A stretch of DNA of 64,000 nucleotides from Candidatus Caccovivens sp. (GTDB lineage: Bacteria; Bacillota; Clostridia; Christensenellales; UBA1242): positions 128,138-192,137 of the forward strand of contig JAZRRN010000049.1 in the NCBI GenBank assembly GCA_045650745.1, in the 5' to 3' direction. A program made the translations under genes and the position numbers. Under the pieces are notes generated by a model that was not told the origin of the DNA, ran no database searches, and saw only the letters and a program-made list of their open reading frames with translations. Below, in pieces: positions 38,215 through 45,566 of this stretch; position 1 is the first letter of the stretch; each line of letters opens with the position of its first letter.

Positions 38215-38492
38215 TATTCCACCACCATTGGAGTTACATAGCAACCATCTTTTTTCTTTGGTGCGTTTGCAACTACATCACATTGTTCTTTTGCGACAAC
38301 TTCGTCTTCACGAAGTTGAGACAAGCAAACTGCTTTCGACTTGTCTTCAAGTTCTGGCAAATCAAGTTGAGTGATTTGGTCAACAAAGCCAATGATGTTG
38401 GCAAAATCTTTTTCAAACTTTTCTTTTTCGGCATCATCAATTTTGAGTTTGCTTAATGCCTGCAAATATTCGATATCAAATTTTTGTTCCAT
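38214..38492 (-). CDS. gatC: Asp-tRNA(Asn)/Glu-tRNA(Gln) amidotransferase subunit C
   Basis: 92 aa with the LREDE motif, positioned immediately upstream of gatA. Confidence 0.9.
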   Translation of the reverse strand: MEQKFDIEYLQALSKLKIDDAEKEKFEKDFANIIGFVDQITQLDLPELEDKSKAVCLSQLREDEVVAKEQCDVVANAPKKKDGCYVTPMVVE

Positions 38493-38502
38493 TTTCTGCT
38501 CC

Positions 38503-39804
38503 TTAAGGTTTCAATCTGCTTGGTCCACGGAAGAGGAATATGCTGTCTTTGAGTGATTGCAAATCCAAAAGTTTTGAAATAAATCTGTCAATTCCAAAAC
38601 CAATTCCGCCGTGTGTAGGGCAACCATACTTGAAAAATTCGAGATAGTCAGCCATTTTAGAACTGTCGATGCCGTGTTCTTCGATTTGTTGTTTGAGTTG
38701 AGCATATCTATGTTCTCTCACAGCACCACTGTTCATTTCCCAACCTCTATATAACATATCAAAACCCATACAGTCAAACGAATCATCTGTGATTTTCTTT
38801 GAATAGAATGCTCTTGCTTCTGCTGGATAATCTGTGATAAACACAAATTCGCTGTCAAGATAATCTCTTGTATATTCGCAAATCAACTTTTCAGCTTCTG
38901 GGTCAAGGTCGAGTTGTTTTTCTTCTGGTGTTTCAATTCCATAAACATCTCTAAAGATTTGGAAAACTTCTTTAAGTTTAAGTCTTGGGATTTTTGTTGG
39001 CACTTTGACTTCGATATCAAAAATTTCTTTGATTTGTGTGCCATAAGTTTCTTTGATTTTTCTCATAACATAAAGCATCCAATCTTCTTCAACATCAATG
39101 ACATCGTGATGTGATTTTACATGGGCGATTTCAAAGTCCAAGCAAACAGCTTCGGCTGTGTGTCTTGCAGTAAATGATTTTTCTGCTCTGTAATATGGTC
39201 CAATTTCAAACACTTTGTCAAAACCACTTGCAATCGCCATTTGTTTGTAGAATTGTGGACTTTGTGTCAAATATGCTTTTTGTCCATAATAGTCAAGAGT
39301 GAAAACTTCTGCACCACCTTCAGAGCATTGAGAAGTGATTTTTGGTGAGTGGATTTCGATGTAGCCACGATCAACAAAATATTCTCTCATCTTTGCTTCT
39401 GCAAAAGTTCTGATTTGGAAAATCAATCTTTGTTTTTGTTGTCTAAGATCAATCCATCTGAAATCCATTTTAAGTTCGCCAGCAGTTTGTTCGTCAATAG
39501 GCAAATCTTCTGCCAAGCTTTCAATTTCGATGCCAGAAGGCACGAGTTCGATTTGTCCCAATTTTACGCATGGGGCAGAAACAACTTTTCCCCAAATTGT
39601 CACAACGCTGTGACGAGAAATTTTGTCAAAGTCTGCCGATGCGAGTTCGGCAATCTTGTCTTTTTCAATTGCGACTTGAATGCTTCCTGTTGTGTCTGTC
39701 ACAACGAGAAACATCATTGTTTTTTGTTCTCTAATTTTTTCGATCCAACCTGAGATTTTGCAAATTTCATCAACTTGGACATCTTTAATATAAGTTCTTT
39801 TCAT
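38503..39804 (-). CDS. aspS: Aspartate--tRNA ligase, archaeal/eukaryal-type (AspRS2; probably non-discriminating, Asp-tRNA(Asn)-forming)
   Basis: 433 aa, class IIb. The runs IEIHSPKI...EGGAEVF...QSPQFYKQ, FRAE, GG.REHR, and the C-terminus PTHGGIGFGIDR...FRGPSRLKP align with my recollection of Pyrococcus/Thermococcus-type AspRS rather than AsnRS. It is directly coupled to gatCAB. Confidence 0.8.
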   Translation of the reverse strand: MKRTYIKDVQVDEICKISGWIEKIREQKTMMFLVVTDTTGSIQVAIEKDKIAELASADFDKISRHSVVTIWGKVVSAPCVKLGQIELVPSGIEIESLAEDLPIDEQTAGELKMDFRWIDLRQQKQRLIFQIRTFAEAKMREYFVDRGYIEIHSPKITSQCSEGGAEVFTLDYYGQKAYLTQSPQFYKQMAIASGFDKVFEIGPYYRAEKSFTARHTAEAVCLDFEIAHVKSHHDVIDVEEDWMLYVMRKIKETYGTQIKEIFDIEVKVPTKIPRLKLKEVFQIFRDVYGIETPEEKQLDLDPEAEKLICEYTRDYLDSEFVFITDYPAEARAFYSKKITDDSFDCMGFDMLYRGWEMNSGAVREHRYAQLKQQIEEHGIDSSKMADYLEFFKYGCPTHGGIGFGIDRFISKLLDLQSLKDSIFLFRGPSRLKP

Positions 39805-39957
39805 TTTTTATCTTCCTTTTTTATTTTTATTTGTTTGATTTTTTTTTGGTTTTACGGAAACCATCACCGTCCTAAATTTTTATATCTACACTGCCCTTTG
39901 GGGCATTATTAAATTTGTGATAAAACTTTGTTTTCATATTTTCTCCTGATTATAAAC

Positions 39958-39990
39958 AAAAAAGAGCAGATGTGGGTTCCATCTGCTCTT
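39958..39990 (-). terminator. Intrinsic terminator of the aspS-gatCAB leader (attenuator)
   Basis: Minus strand reads AAGAGCAGATG-GAACCCA-CATCTGCTCTT, a perfect 11-bp stem running into a T-run. It lies ~150 nt upstream of the aspS ATG. Confidence 0.85.
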
Positions 39991-40017
39991 AGTTGAAGTT
40001 TTTATTTTCCGTTTTGA

Positions 40018-40104
40018 TTAAACGGCATAACAAAAGGAACCCATTATAGCTAATGTGTTGAAATTGTTATTATTGTTATTAACCAAAACAAACAATTTTG
40101 ACAT
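40018..40104 (-). CDS. Leader peptide MSKLFVLVNNNNNNFNTLAIMGSFCYAV (28 codons, 7 Asn, 6 consecutive)
   Basis: SD AAGGAG (40118-40113) lies 8 nt before the ATG at 40104. The Asn run AAT AAC AAT AAT AAC AAT is at 40080-40063. TAA is at 40020-40018. The ORF is sandwiched between a consensus promoter and the terminator. Confidence 0.6.
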   Translation of the reverse strand: MSKLFVLVNNNNNNFNTLAIMGSFCYAV

Positions 40105-40138
40105 AAGTCTGGCTCCTTAAATTTTTATTTGCGATGTT

Positions 40139-40167
40139 ATTATACCACTGCTGAGAGATTATGTCAA
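40139..40167 (-). promoter_or_regulatory. Consensus sigma-70 promoter TTGACA-17-TATAAT driving the leader/aspS-gatCAB operon
   Basis: -35 at 40167-40162 and -10 at 40144-40139. Both hexamers match consensus perfectly with a 17-nt spacer. Confidence 0.8.
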
Positions 40168-40284
40168 CACTTTTTTCGCTTTTCCGTTTTGAAAAAACGC
40201 TCTCGTATGCTATATATAATATATATTATTAGTCAAATTTTTTTCATTTATTAAGCGTAAAAATTTTGACTTTGGGAGAAATTT

Positions 40285-41742
40285 ATGAAAAATTTTGGAG
40301 TGTTGTGCCATGTTACATGCCTTCCTGCAAAAACAGGGCTTGGTGATTTTGGCAAAAGTGCATTTGAGTTTTTGGATTTTTTGAAAGAGCAAAATCTCAA
40401 CTTGTGGCAAATTTTGCCACTCAACAATGCAAACGAATTCAACTGCCCGTATGGTCCACTCAGCACTCAGGCGATTGATGAAATGTTTGTTGATCTTGAT
40501 GATTTGAAAGACAGGGGGTTGCTTGAAGAGAAAGAGTATAAGCACCTTTACAAATTCAAAAAAACAAAAAAGGTTAAGTTTGCCAAAATAAGACCAGAAA
40601 AAGAGAGATTGTTTGCCCTTGCTTATTCGAGAATTGACAAAAAGACAATCGCAAAACTTGAAGAGGTTGCAAAAGAGAAAAAGCACTTTTTTGAGTATGC
40701 ATATTATCGCACCATGCTTGCAAAGTTTGGTCAAAAGAGTTGGCGTTTTGTTGAAGATAAATATTGGAATATTTATGGAAAGACCGGCCAAAAGTTTGCA
40801 AAAGAAAACCAAGCTGATATTTTGAAGTTTGTGTTTTTTCAATATGTTTTGCATGAGCAATGGGCAAAGATAAAAAACTATGCAAACAAACTTGGCATAA
40901 AGATTTTGGGCGATGTGCCAATGTATTGCGACAAAGACAGCGTTGATGTTTTTGCTGGCAAAGCGTGGTTTAAGTTGGACGACAATTGCATGCCAACAGT
41001 CACAGCAGGTTGTCCACCAGATGTGTTTTCTGATGTTGTGCAAGATTGGCAAACTTGCATTTATCAATGGGAGAAAATGAAAAAAGACAACTTCTCATAC
41101 ATGACAAACAGATTGTGTTTGCTTTTGGATAAATACGACCTGTTGAGACTTGATCATTTTGCAGGTTATGTGAGATATTACGAGCACGCAAAAGCGCCGG
41201 GCACAAAAACTCAATATGTCGATGGTGGTGGAAGCGAATTTTTTGCACAACTTAAAAAACTTGTCGATTTCAAAAAGCTTTTTGTGGAAGATTTAAGTGA
41301 CGAAAAAAGTGCGACAGGCAAGGTAATAAAAGAGTTTTCACTTCGCAAAATGAATGTTTTGCAATATGGTTTTGATACAGACAAAAACAATCCACATTTG
41401 CCACAAAATGTAAAAGCAAACATTGTGTATTACACCGGCACCCACGACAGCGCAACCTTTTTGGGATATTTGAAAAAACAAAACAAACAACAGATTGAAA
41501 AGATAAAAAACTTGATTGCATCTCAAGCAAAAAATCATAAAGAGTTGCAACTTGACTGCATCAGAAGCATGCTTGATTCAAAAGCGCAATATGTTGTTTT
41601 GCAAGCGCAGGACTTTATGTTTCAAGATGACCGTTGGCGTATGAACTATCCGGGCGTTGCAGCAGGTTGTTGGGAATATAGATTGTGCAACGACTATCAA
41701 AAAAAGATGGCAAAAATGCTGGCACAACTTGGTCAAAAATAA
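40285..41742 (+). CDS. malQ: 4-alpha-glucanotransferase (amylomaltase, GH77)
   Basis: The N-terminus FGVLCHVTCLPAKTGLGDFGKSAFEFLDFLKEQNLNLWQILPLN is typical of GH77; 485 aa. Confidence 0.85.
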   Translation: MKNFGVLCHVTCLPAKTGLGDFGKSAFEFLDFLKEQNLNLWQILPLNNANEFNCPYGPLSTQAIDEMFVDLDDLKDRGLLEEKEYKHLYKFKKTKKVKFAKIRPEKERLFALAYSRIDKKTIAKLEEVAKEKKHFFEYAYYRTMLAKFGQKSWRFVEDKYWNIYGKTGQKFAKENQADILKFVFFQYVLHEQWAKIKNYANKLGIKILGDVPMYCDKDSVDVFAGKAWFKLDDNCMPTVTAGCPPDVFSDVVQDWQTCIYQWEKMKKDNFSYMTNRLCLLLDKYDLLRLDHFAGYVRYYEHAKAPGTKTQYVDGGGSEFFAQLKKLVDFKKLFVEDLSDEKSATGKVIKEFSLRKMNVLQYGFDTDKNNPHLPQNVKANIVYYTGTHDSATFLGYLKKQNKQQIEKIKNLIASQAKNHKELQLDCIRSMLDSKAQYVVLQAQDFMFQDDRWRMNYPGVAAGCWEYRLCNDYQKKMAKMLAQLGQK

Positions 41743-41748
41743 AAAAAT

Positions 41749-41774
41749 AGAGGCAAAATTTTGCCTCTTTTTTG
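41749..41774. terminator. Bidirectional terminator between malQ and the convergent minus-strand operon
   Basis: AGAGGCAAA/TTTGCCTCT stem with an A-run upstream and a T-run downstream. Confidence 0.8.
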
Positions 41775-41778
41775 TTGG

Positions 41779-42183
41779 TTAGTTTATTTTTGAAAAGTCG
41801 TTTCCAATTATTGTAGGGTTGAAACCTATCAGCTCGTCTTTCAGCATATTGTCAGGGATTTCGTTGACGAAGTAAATCTTTTTGTTCATTCTGAAAGCAT
41901 CATAAATTTCCAAAAATGTAGCCCCACCAATGTAGTTTGCTTGTCCGTTTTTGTTGAAGTTGAGCACCAAAACGGCATCAACATTTTTTATTGCTTCTTC
42001 CGATTGCCTATACATTTGAGCTTTGAAGATATGGTGTTGTGCAGTGCCACGATATTTTGCCTCTGTCTCTGGGGCGTCCCAGCAGTTTGGCATAAACACT
42101 TCGTGTCCCAAATTTTCTAAACTTTGTTTATATTCTGTCAAATTTCCATAAAAAGCTTTGCTGCATATCAACATTATTTTCAT
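41779..42183 (-). CDS. Nucleoside 2-deoxyribosyltransferase-like (flavodoxin-like fold) small protein
   Basis: 134 aa. The pattern AVLVLNFNKNGQANYIGGATFLEIYDAF..NKKIYFVNEIP resembles the NDT/DUF4406 clan. The call is from memory only. Confidence 0.35.
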   Translation of the reverse strand: MKIMLICSKAFYGNLTEYKQSLENLGHEVFMPNCWDAPETEAKYRGTAQHHIFKAQMYRQSEEAIKNVDAVLVLNFNKNGQANYIGGATFLEIYDAFRMNKKIYFVNEIPDNMLKDELIGFNPTIIGNDFSKIN

Positions 42184-42215
42184 GACTTTCTCCTGTTGGT
42201 GTTATGTCTGCAAAA

Positions 42216-42878
42216 TCAAAGCAAGTTTAATGTTGCCAAGTTTTTGTCAGTGTAATTTTTGATTGTCAGTTTTGTGATTTCTTTTATTTTGTCGGCATTT
42301 TTCTTGTTGTATTTGTGCACAAGTCCACAACTGTCGATGTTGAGAGAATGAGCACTTGTCAGTGATGCAAACGAATCTTCAAACAAGAAAATGTCTTCTG
42401 CTTTGCACTTCAATTGTTTCAAGCACTCTTCATAAAATTGCACGCTTCTTTTTGGTTGCGCCAAACTTTCTTCGGTGTAAATGTGATCAAAATGTCCATC
42501 AAGGCCATAATGTTTGAGCGCAATTTCCAAAAGATATTTGCTGGTTGCAGAAACCAAGACAAGCGAATATCCTTTTGCTTTGAGATTGTTGAGAAGTTCT
42601 CTTGCGCCATTTATAAGTTTGATTTTGTGGGTGTAATAATATTCCATGCGATTGTTCCAAAAATCAACAACTTCTTGTGCTTGCACATTTTGCAATTTTG
42701 TAAGATCAATAAAGAGTTGGGCAATCTCATGATTGCTGAGACCTTTTCGCAAAGTGAGAATGTCTTTCACAAACTTGACATTCCAATGTTTGAAGGCTTC
42801 TTTGTGCATAACCTTATACCAAAGTGTGAGAGAGTCAACAAGTGTGTTGTCAAAGTCGAAGAGAATATATTTTTTCAT
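42216..42878 (-). CDS. HAD-superfamily hydrolase
   Basis: Motif I ILFDFDNTLVDS. The start is set at MKKYILF (ATG at 42878). The ORF track adds 6 codons. Confidence 0.75.
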   Translation of the reverse strand: MKKYILFDFDNTLVDSLTLWYKVMHKEAFKHWNVKFVKDILTLRKGLSNHEIAQLFIDLTKLQNVQAQEVVDFWNNRMEYYYTHKIKLINGARELLNNLKAKGYSLVLVSATSKYLLEIALKHYGLDGHFDHIYTEESLAQPKRSVQFYEECLKQLKCKAEDIFLFEDSFASLTSAHSLNIDSCGLVHKYNKKNADKIKEITKLTIKNYTDKNLATLNLL

Positions 42879-42889
42879 AAGCCGTCCTT

Positions 42890-43657
42890 TTAGCAAGTTA
42901 AAATTTCTTTGGATTCATCATACAACAATTTTACAAAAGAAGCAAATTCTTCTTTTGAAAATTGCGAACCTCTTGGTGGAAAACATTCCAAGCAGTTTGA
43001 AATGTTTTTGTCTGTTGTGAGTTGTTTTGCAAACCAAACAAGATCTATCTCTCCATCTTTTGGACAACGGTGATCGTCTTGACCAAAATTGTTGTGTATG
43101 TGTGAGCAAGCTACATACGGCTTGCATTGTTCAAACAATTGTTTTTCATCCGTATAACAATGGGCATGTCCAACATCAAAACAAACGGCAACATTTTTCA
43201 AGCCAAGTTGCAAAATGCGGAAAAGGTTTGTGCAGTTTCTTACATTTTCAAGGCACAAAACGGTTTCTTGGTTGACAAAATTTTTCATCATCTTTTCAAA
43301 CTTGTCAAGTTGTGGTTGTGCCAACAAAGGTGGATTGTCTCCTTTGGAAGCGTGAGCCACAACATATTTTATTTGCAACAAATTTGCTTCGGCAAGTTTT
43401 TGCGAGATGTAGTCAAAATATTCGTTTGTGTTTGGGTCGCAGATAGAGTTTGACAGGTGATAATCCAAGTGAACTTGTTTGACAGTCAACCCAATTTCTC
43501 GGGCATAACTGATGATGTCAACATAGTTTTCGTCGTTGCGATTGTGCTTGTCGTCAAGATAAAGAGCAACTTCTGTGAAACCTGCTTGTTTGTAGATTTC
43601 AAGTCGATCTTTGTATGTTAAATCAGAACACAAATTCAAATCATAAATGCCAAACAT
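42890..43657 (-). CDS. Sugar-phosphate isomerase/epimerase (xylose-isomerase-like TIM barrel) family protein
   Basis: 255 aa with FDVGHAH and ...HIHNN... metal-ligand-like motifs; SD AGGAG. Confidence 0.55.
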   Translation of the reverse strand: MFGIYDLNLCSDLTYKDRLEIYKQAGFTEVALYLDDKHNRNDENYVDIISYAREIGLTVKQVHLDYHLSNSICDPNTNEYFDYISQKLAEANLLQIKYVVAHASKGDNPPLLAQPQLDKFEKMMKNFVNQETVLCLENVRNCTNLFRILQLGLKNVAVCFDVGHAHCYTDEKQLFEQCKPYVACSHIHNNFGQDDHRCPKDGEIDLVWFAKQLTTDKNISNCLECFPPRGSQFSKEEFASFVKLLYDESKEILTC

Positions 43658-43674
43658 ATCCTATCTCCTTTGAT

Positions 43675-44181
43675 TTAGTTGTCCAAAACGCAAATGTCTT
43701 TCAAGTTGCGATACTGTTCGTTGTAGTCAAGTCCAAAACCAACCACAAACAAATCTTCGATTGTTTTTCCAACATAGTCAGCATCAAATTTGACCTTTCT
43801 TCTGCTTGGTTTGTCGAGCATGGCAACAAATGTCAACGAATGGGGATTTCTTTTTTCGAGTTCTGCCTTCAAACAACTGAGTGTTGTGCCGGTGTCAACA
43901 ATGTCTTCGACAATAATGACATCTCTGCCGGCAATGTCAAAATCCAAATCTTTTTTGATGTTGATTTTGCCAGTGCTTTCTGTGCCAACATAACTTTTGA
44001 CTTGAATATAGTCAGCTTCAATTTGCATGTCAAGGTGCTTCATAAGCTCGCTGTGAAAAGGTGCTGCACCTTTAAGCACGCAAGAAACGATAGGGTTTTT
44101 GCCAGCAAACTTTTCGGTAAGTTGTTTGCCAATAGTTTTACACATGTCCACAATTTCGCTATGAGAAATCAAAACTTTCAT
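43675..44181 (-). CDS. hpt: Hypoxanthine(-guanine) phosphoribosyltransferase
   Basis: PRPP motif VIIVEDIVDTGTTL; 168 aa. The start overlaps the upstream stop as ATGA. Confidence 0.9.
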   Translation of the reverse strand: MKVLISHSEIVDMCKTIGKQLTEKFAGKNPIVSCVLKGAAPFHSELMKHLDMQIEADYIQVKSYVGTESTGKINIKKDLDFDIAGRDVIIVEDIVDTGTTLSCLKAELEKRNPHSLTFVAMLDKPSRRKVKFDADYVGKTIEDLFVVGFGLDYNEQYRNLKDICVLDN

Positions 44182-45272
44182 AATCTTTCTCCTTTTGTGA
44201 GATAGTCAATTGCATAATCAAGTTGAGGGTCGGTGTTGTTTTGAATATTTTCGATTGTTTTTTCAATTAGCACATCAGGAGCAATCGAACCTTCATAGCC
44301 GAAGATTTCGCTAAAATCCCAAAGACGAATAGAATAACAAAATTTTTTACCTTCCACTTCAGCCATTTCGTTGTAGCCATAAGATTTGGCCGCACCACCG
44401 GTTGGCTCGCCAATCAAAAGGGTGTTGAAATCTTTTTTAAATCTTGCAACGGCAAATCTGCCACTTGAAAAGACTCCACCATCAACAAGCAAAACTCCAT
44501 GCAGTTGTTTTTCTTTTACCAAATCTTGAAAAGGATTGAGGATTTCGGAGTTGCCACCGTTGTTTCCTCGCAAGTCAAGGATATATTTTGTTGTGACGGT
44601 TTCTTCGATTTTGGTTGCGATTTGTTTGACAAAATCTTCAAAAGACAGTTCGGTATCGTTTCGACAAGCAGCATATCTTACATACAAAATGTTGTTGTCT
44701 AAAATGTTGAAGTAATAGCTTTTTCGGGTTGATCTTTTTTCCTTTTGCTTTTCTTCAAATTCGGTATCATACAAAAAGTTTACTTCAACAAATTCTGTCG
44801 AGTTTTGGTTTGCCAATTCAAATTTAAGTGGTGGACAGGACAAGCCAAGCATTTGATAGAAATATCCGTTTTGAAAACCTCTTTCGATCTTAACTTTCTT
44901 CCAAGGTTGGGTTTCAAAGTTTGACATTTGCACGATTTGTTCCACCAATTCTCTTACAAGGATTCCGTTTATTGAAACAACTTTTTTCCAAGTTTTGTTG
45001 TCTTTGAGATACAAGTTTTGTTGGTTGAAAATTACAGAGTGAGAAAGTTCAATGTGTTTAACAAAATAAGATGTGTGTGCATCTTTGAAAAGTGCAAAAA
45101 GTTTCAACATTTCTCTGTCAAAACCTGTTTGGTCAAGATTGTTCCAATCAACGCTGTCAATATATTGCTCGACTTCCTCTTTTGAAATGTCGTGAAAAAG
45201 ATTTAAGTGTCCAGTTTTACACTTTTCCACAATTTGTGTTGCAATAATTTTATTGTTGACAGTGTTGTTCAT
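44178..45272 (-). CDS. S41-family peptidase-like protein
   Basis: LDLRGNNGGN and IGEPTGGAA motifs. The start is set at MNNTVNN (45272) behind AGGAG. The longer ORF-track start would run through the tRNA gene. Confidence 0.6.
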   Translation of the reverse strand: MNNTVNNKIIATQIVEKCKTGHLNLFHDISKEEVEQYIDSVDWNNLDQTGFDREMLKLFALFKDAHTSYFVKHIELSHSVIFNQQNLYLKDNKTWKKVVSINGILVRELVEQIVQMSNFETQPWKKVKIERGFQNGYFYQMLGLSCPPLKFELANQNSTEFVEVNFLYDTEFEEKQKEKRSTRKSYYFNILDNNILYVRYAACRNDTELSFEDFVKQIATKIEETVTTKYILDLRGNNGGNSEILNPFQDLVKEKQLHGVLLVDGGVFSSGRFAVARFKKDFNTLLIGEPTGGAAKSYGYNEMAEVEGKKFCYSIRLWDFSEIFGYEGSIAPDVLIEKTIENIQNNTDPQLDYAIDYLTKGERL

Positions 45273-45328
45273 GTCGCTCCTAAAAAACAACTCAGCCGAC
45301 CCAATAAGGGGACGACTGAGTCTAGTGT

Positions 45329-45405
45329 TGGTGCGTCGCAAGGGATTCGAACCCCTGACCTTTCGTTCCGTAGACGAACGCTCTATCCAGCTGAGCTAGC
45401 GGCGC
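45329..45405 (-). tRNA. tRNA-Arg (anticodon ACG)
   Basis: Minus strand reads GCGCCGCTAGCTCAGCTGGATAGAGCGTTCGTCTACGGAACGAAAGGTCAGGGGTTCGAATCCCTTGCGACGCACCA. It folds as a cloverleaf with anticodon stem TTCGT/ACGAA, loop CTACGGA, a GTTCGAATC T-loop, and an encoded CCA. Confidence 0.95.
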
Positions 45406-45425
45406 ATATTTTTGCTTGCGAAAGC

Positions 45426-45455
45426 ATTATATCACAATCAATATTGATTTGTAAA
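45426..45455 (-). promoter_or_regulatory. Promoter TTTACA-18-(TGa)TATAAT upstream of tRNA-Arg, with a 14-bp palindrome in the spacer
   Basis: -35 at 45455-45450 and -10 at 45431-45426. The palindrome AATCAATATTGATT is at 45436-45449. Confidence 0.55.
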
Positions 45456-45511
45456 GTTATTTTTCAAAAACATGAAGTTTTCTATTTTAATTCAAGTATA
45501 ATAAGAGTGTT

Positions 45512-45544
45512 AAAAATGAAAAACCCCTTAATCAAAAGGGGTTT
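45512..45544 (-). terminator. Rho-independent terminator after the lipoprotein gene
   Basis: AAACCCCTT/AAGGGGTTT stem, followed by a T-run on the minus strand. Confidence 0.8.
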
Positions 45545-45566
45545 AATCAATATCGTTTAAAACAAA

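Noticed and set aside
39805-40210. T-box riboswitch upstream of aspS, the expected regulator for a Firmicute aminoacyl-tRNA synthetase operon
   Set aside because: I looked on the minus strand for the conserved T-box sequence (AA..GGGTGGTACCGCG) and a specifier-loop architecture. The nearest match, AGGACGGTGATGGTTTCCGT, is poor and lies downstream of the terminator. The leader-peptide attenuator explains the region better.
40210-41067. 285-aa minus-strand ORF overlapping malQ and the divergent promoter region
   Set aside because: It is antisense to a confidently identified GH77 gene. Its product is compositionally odd (C/F/K/I-rich) with no motifs, and it would run through both promoters.
44178-44181. 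Possibility of Mollicutes genetic code 4 (TGA = Trp)
   Set aside because: TGA terminates the S41-like gene exactly at an ATGA overlap with the hpt start. Trp is abundantly encoded by TGG, and all family-recognisable genes have normal lengths under code 11.
43615-44205. 196-aa plus-strand ORF
   Set aside because: It is antisense to hpt, which has a clear PRPP-binding motif, and it has no SD or motif.
45207-45560. 117-aa plus-strand ORF spanning the tRNA region
   Set aside because: It runs antisense through the tRNA-Arg gene and its promoter, and is spurious.
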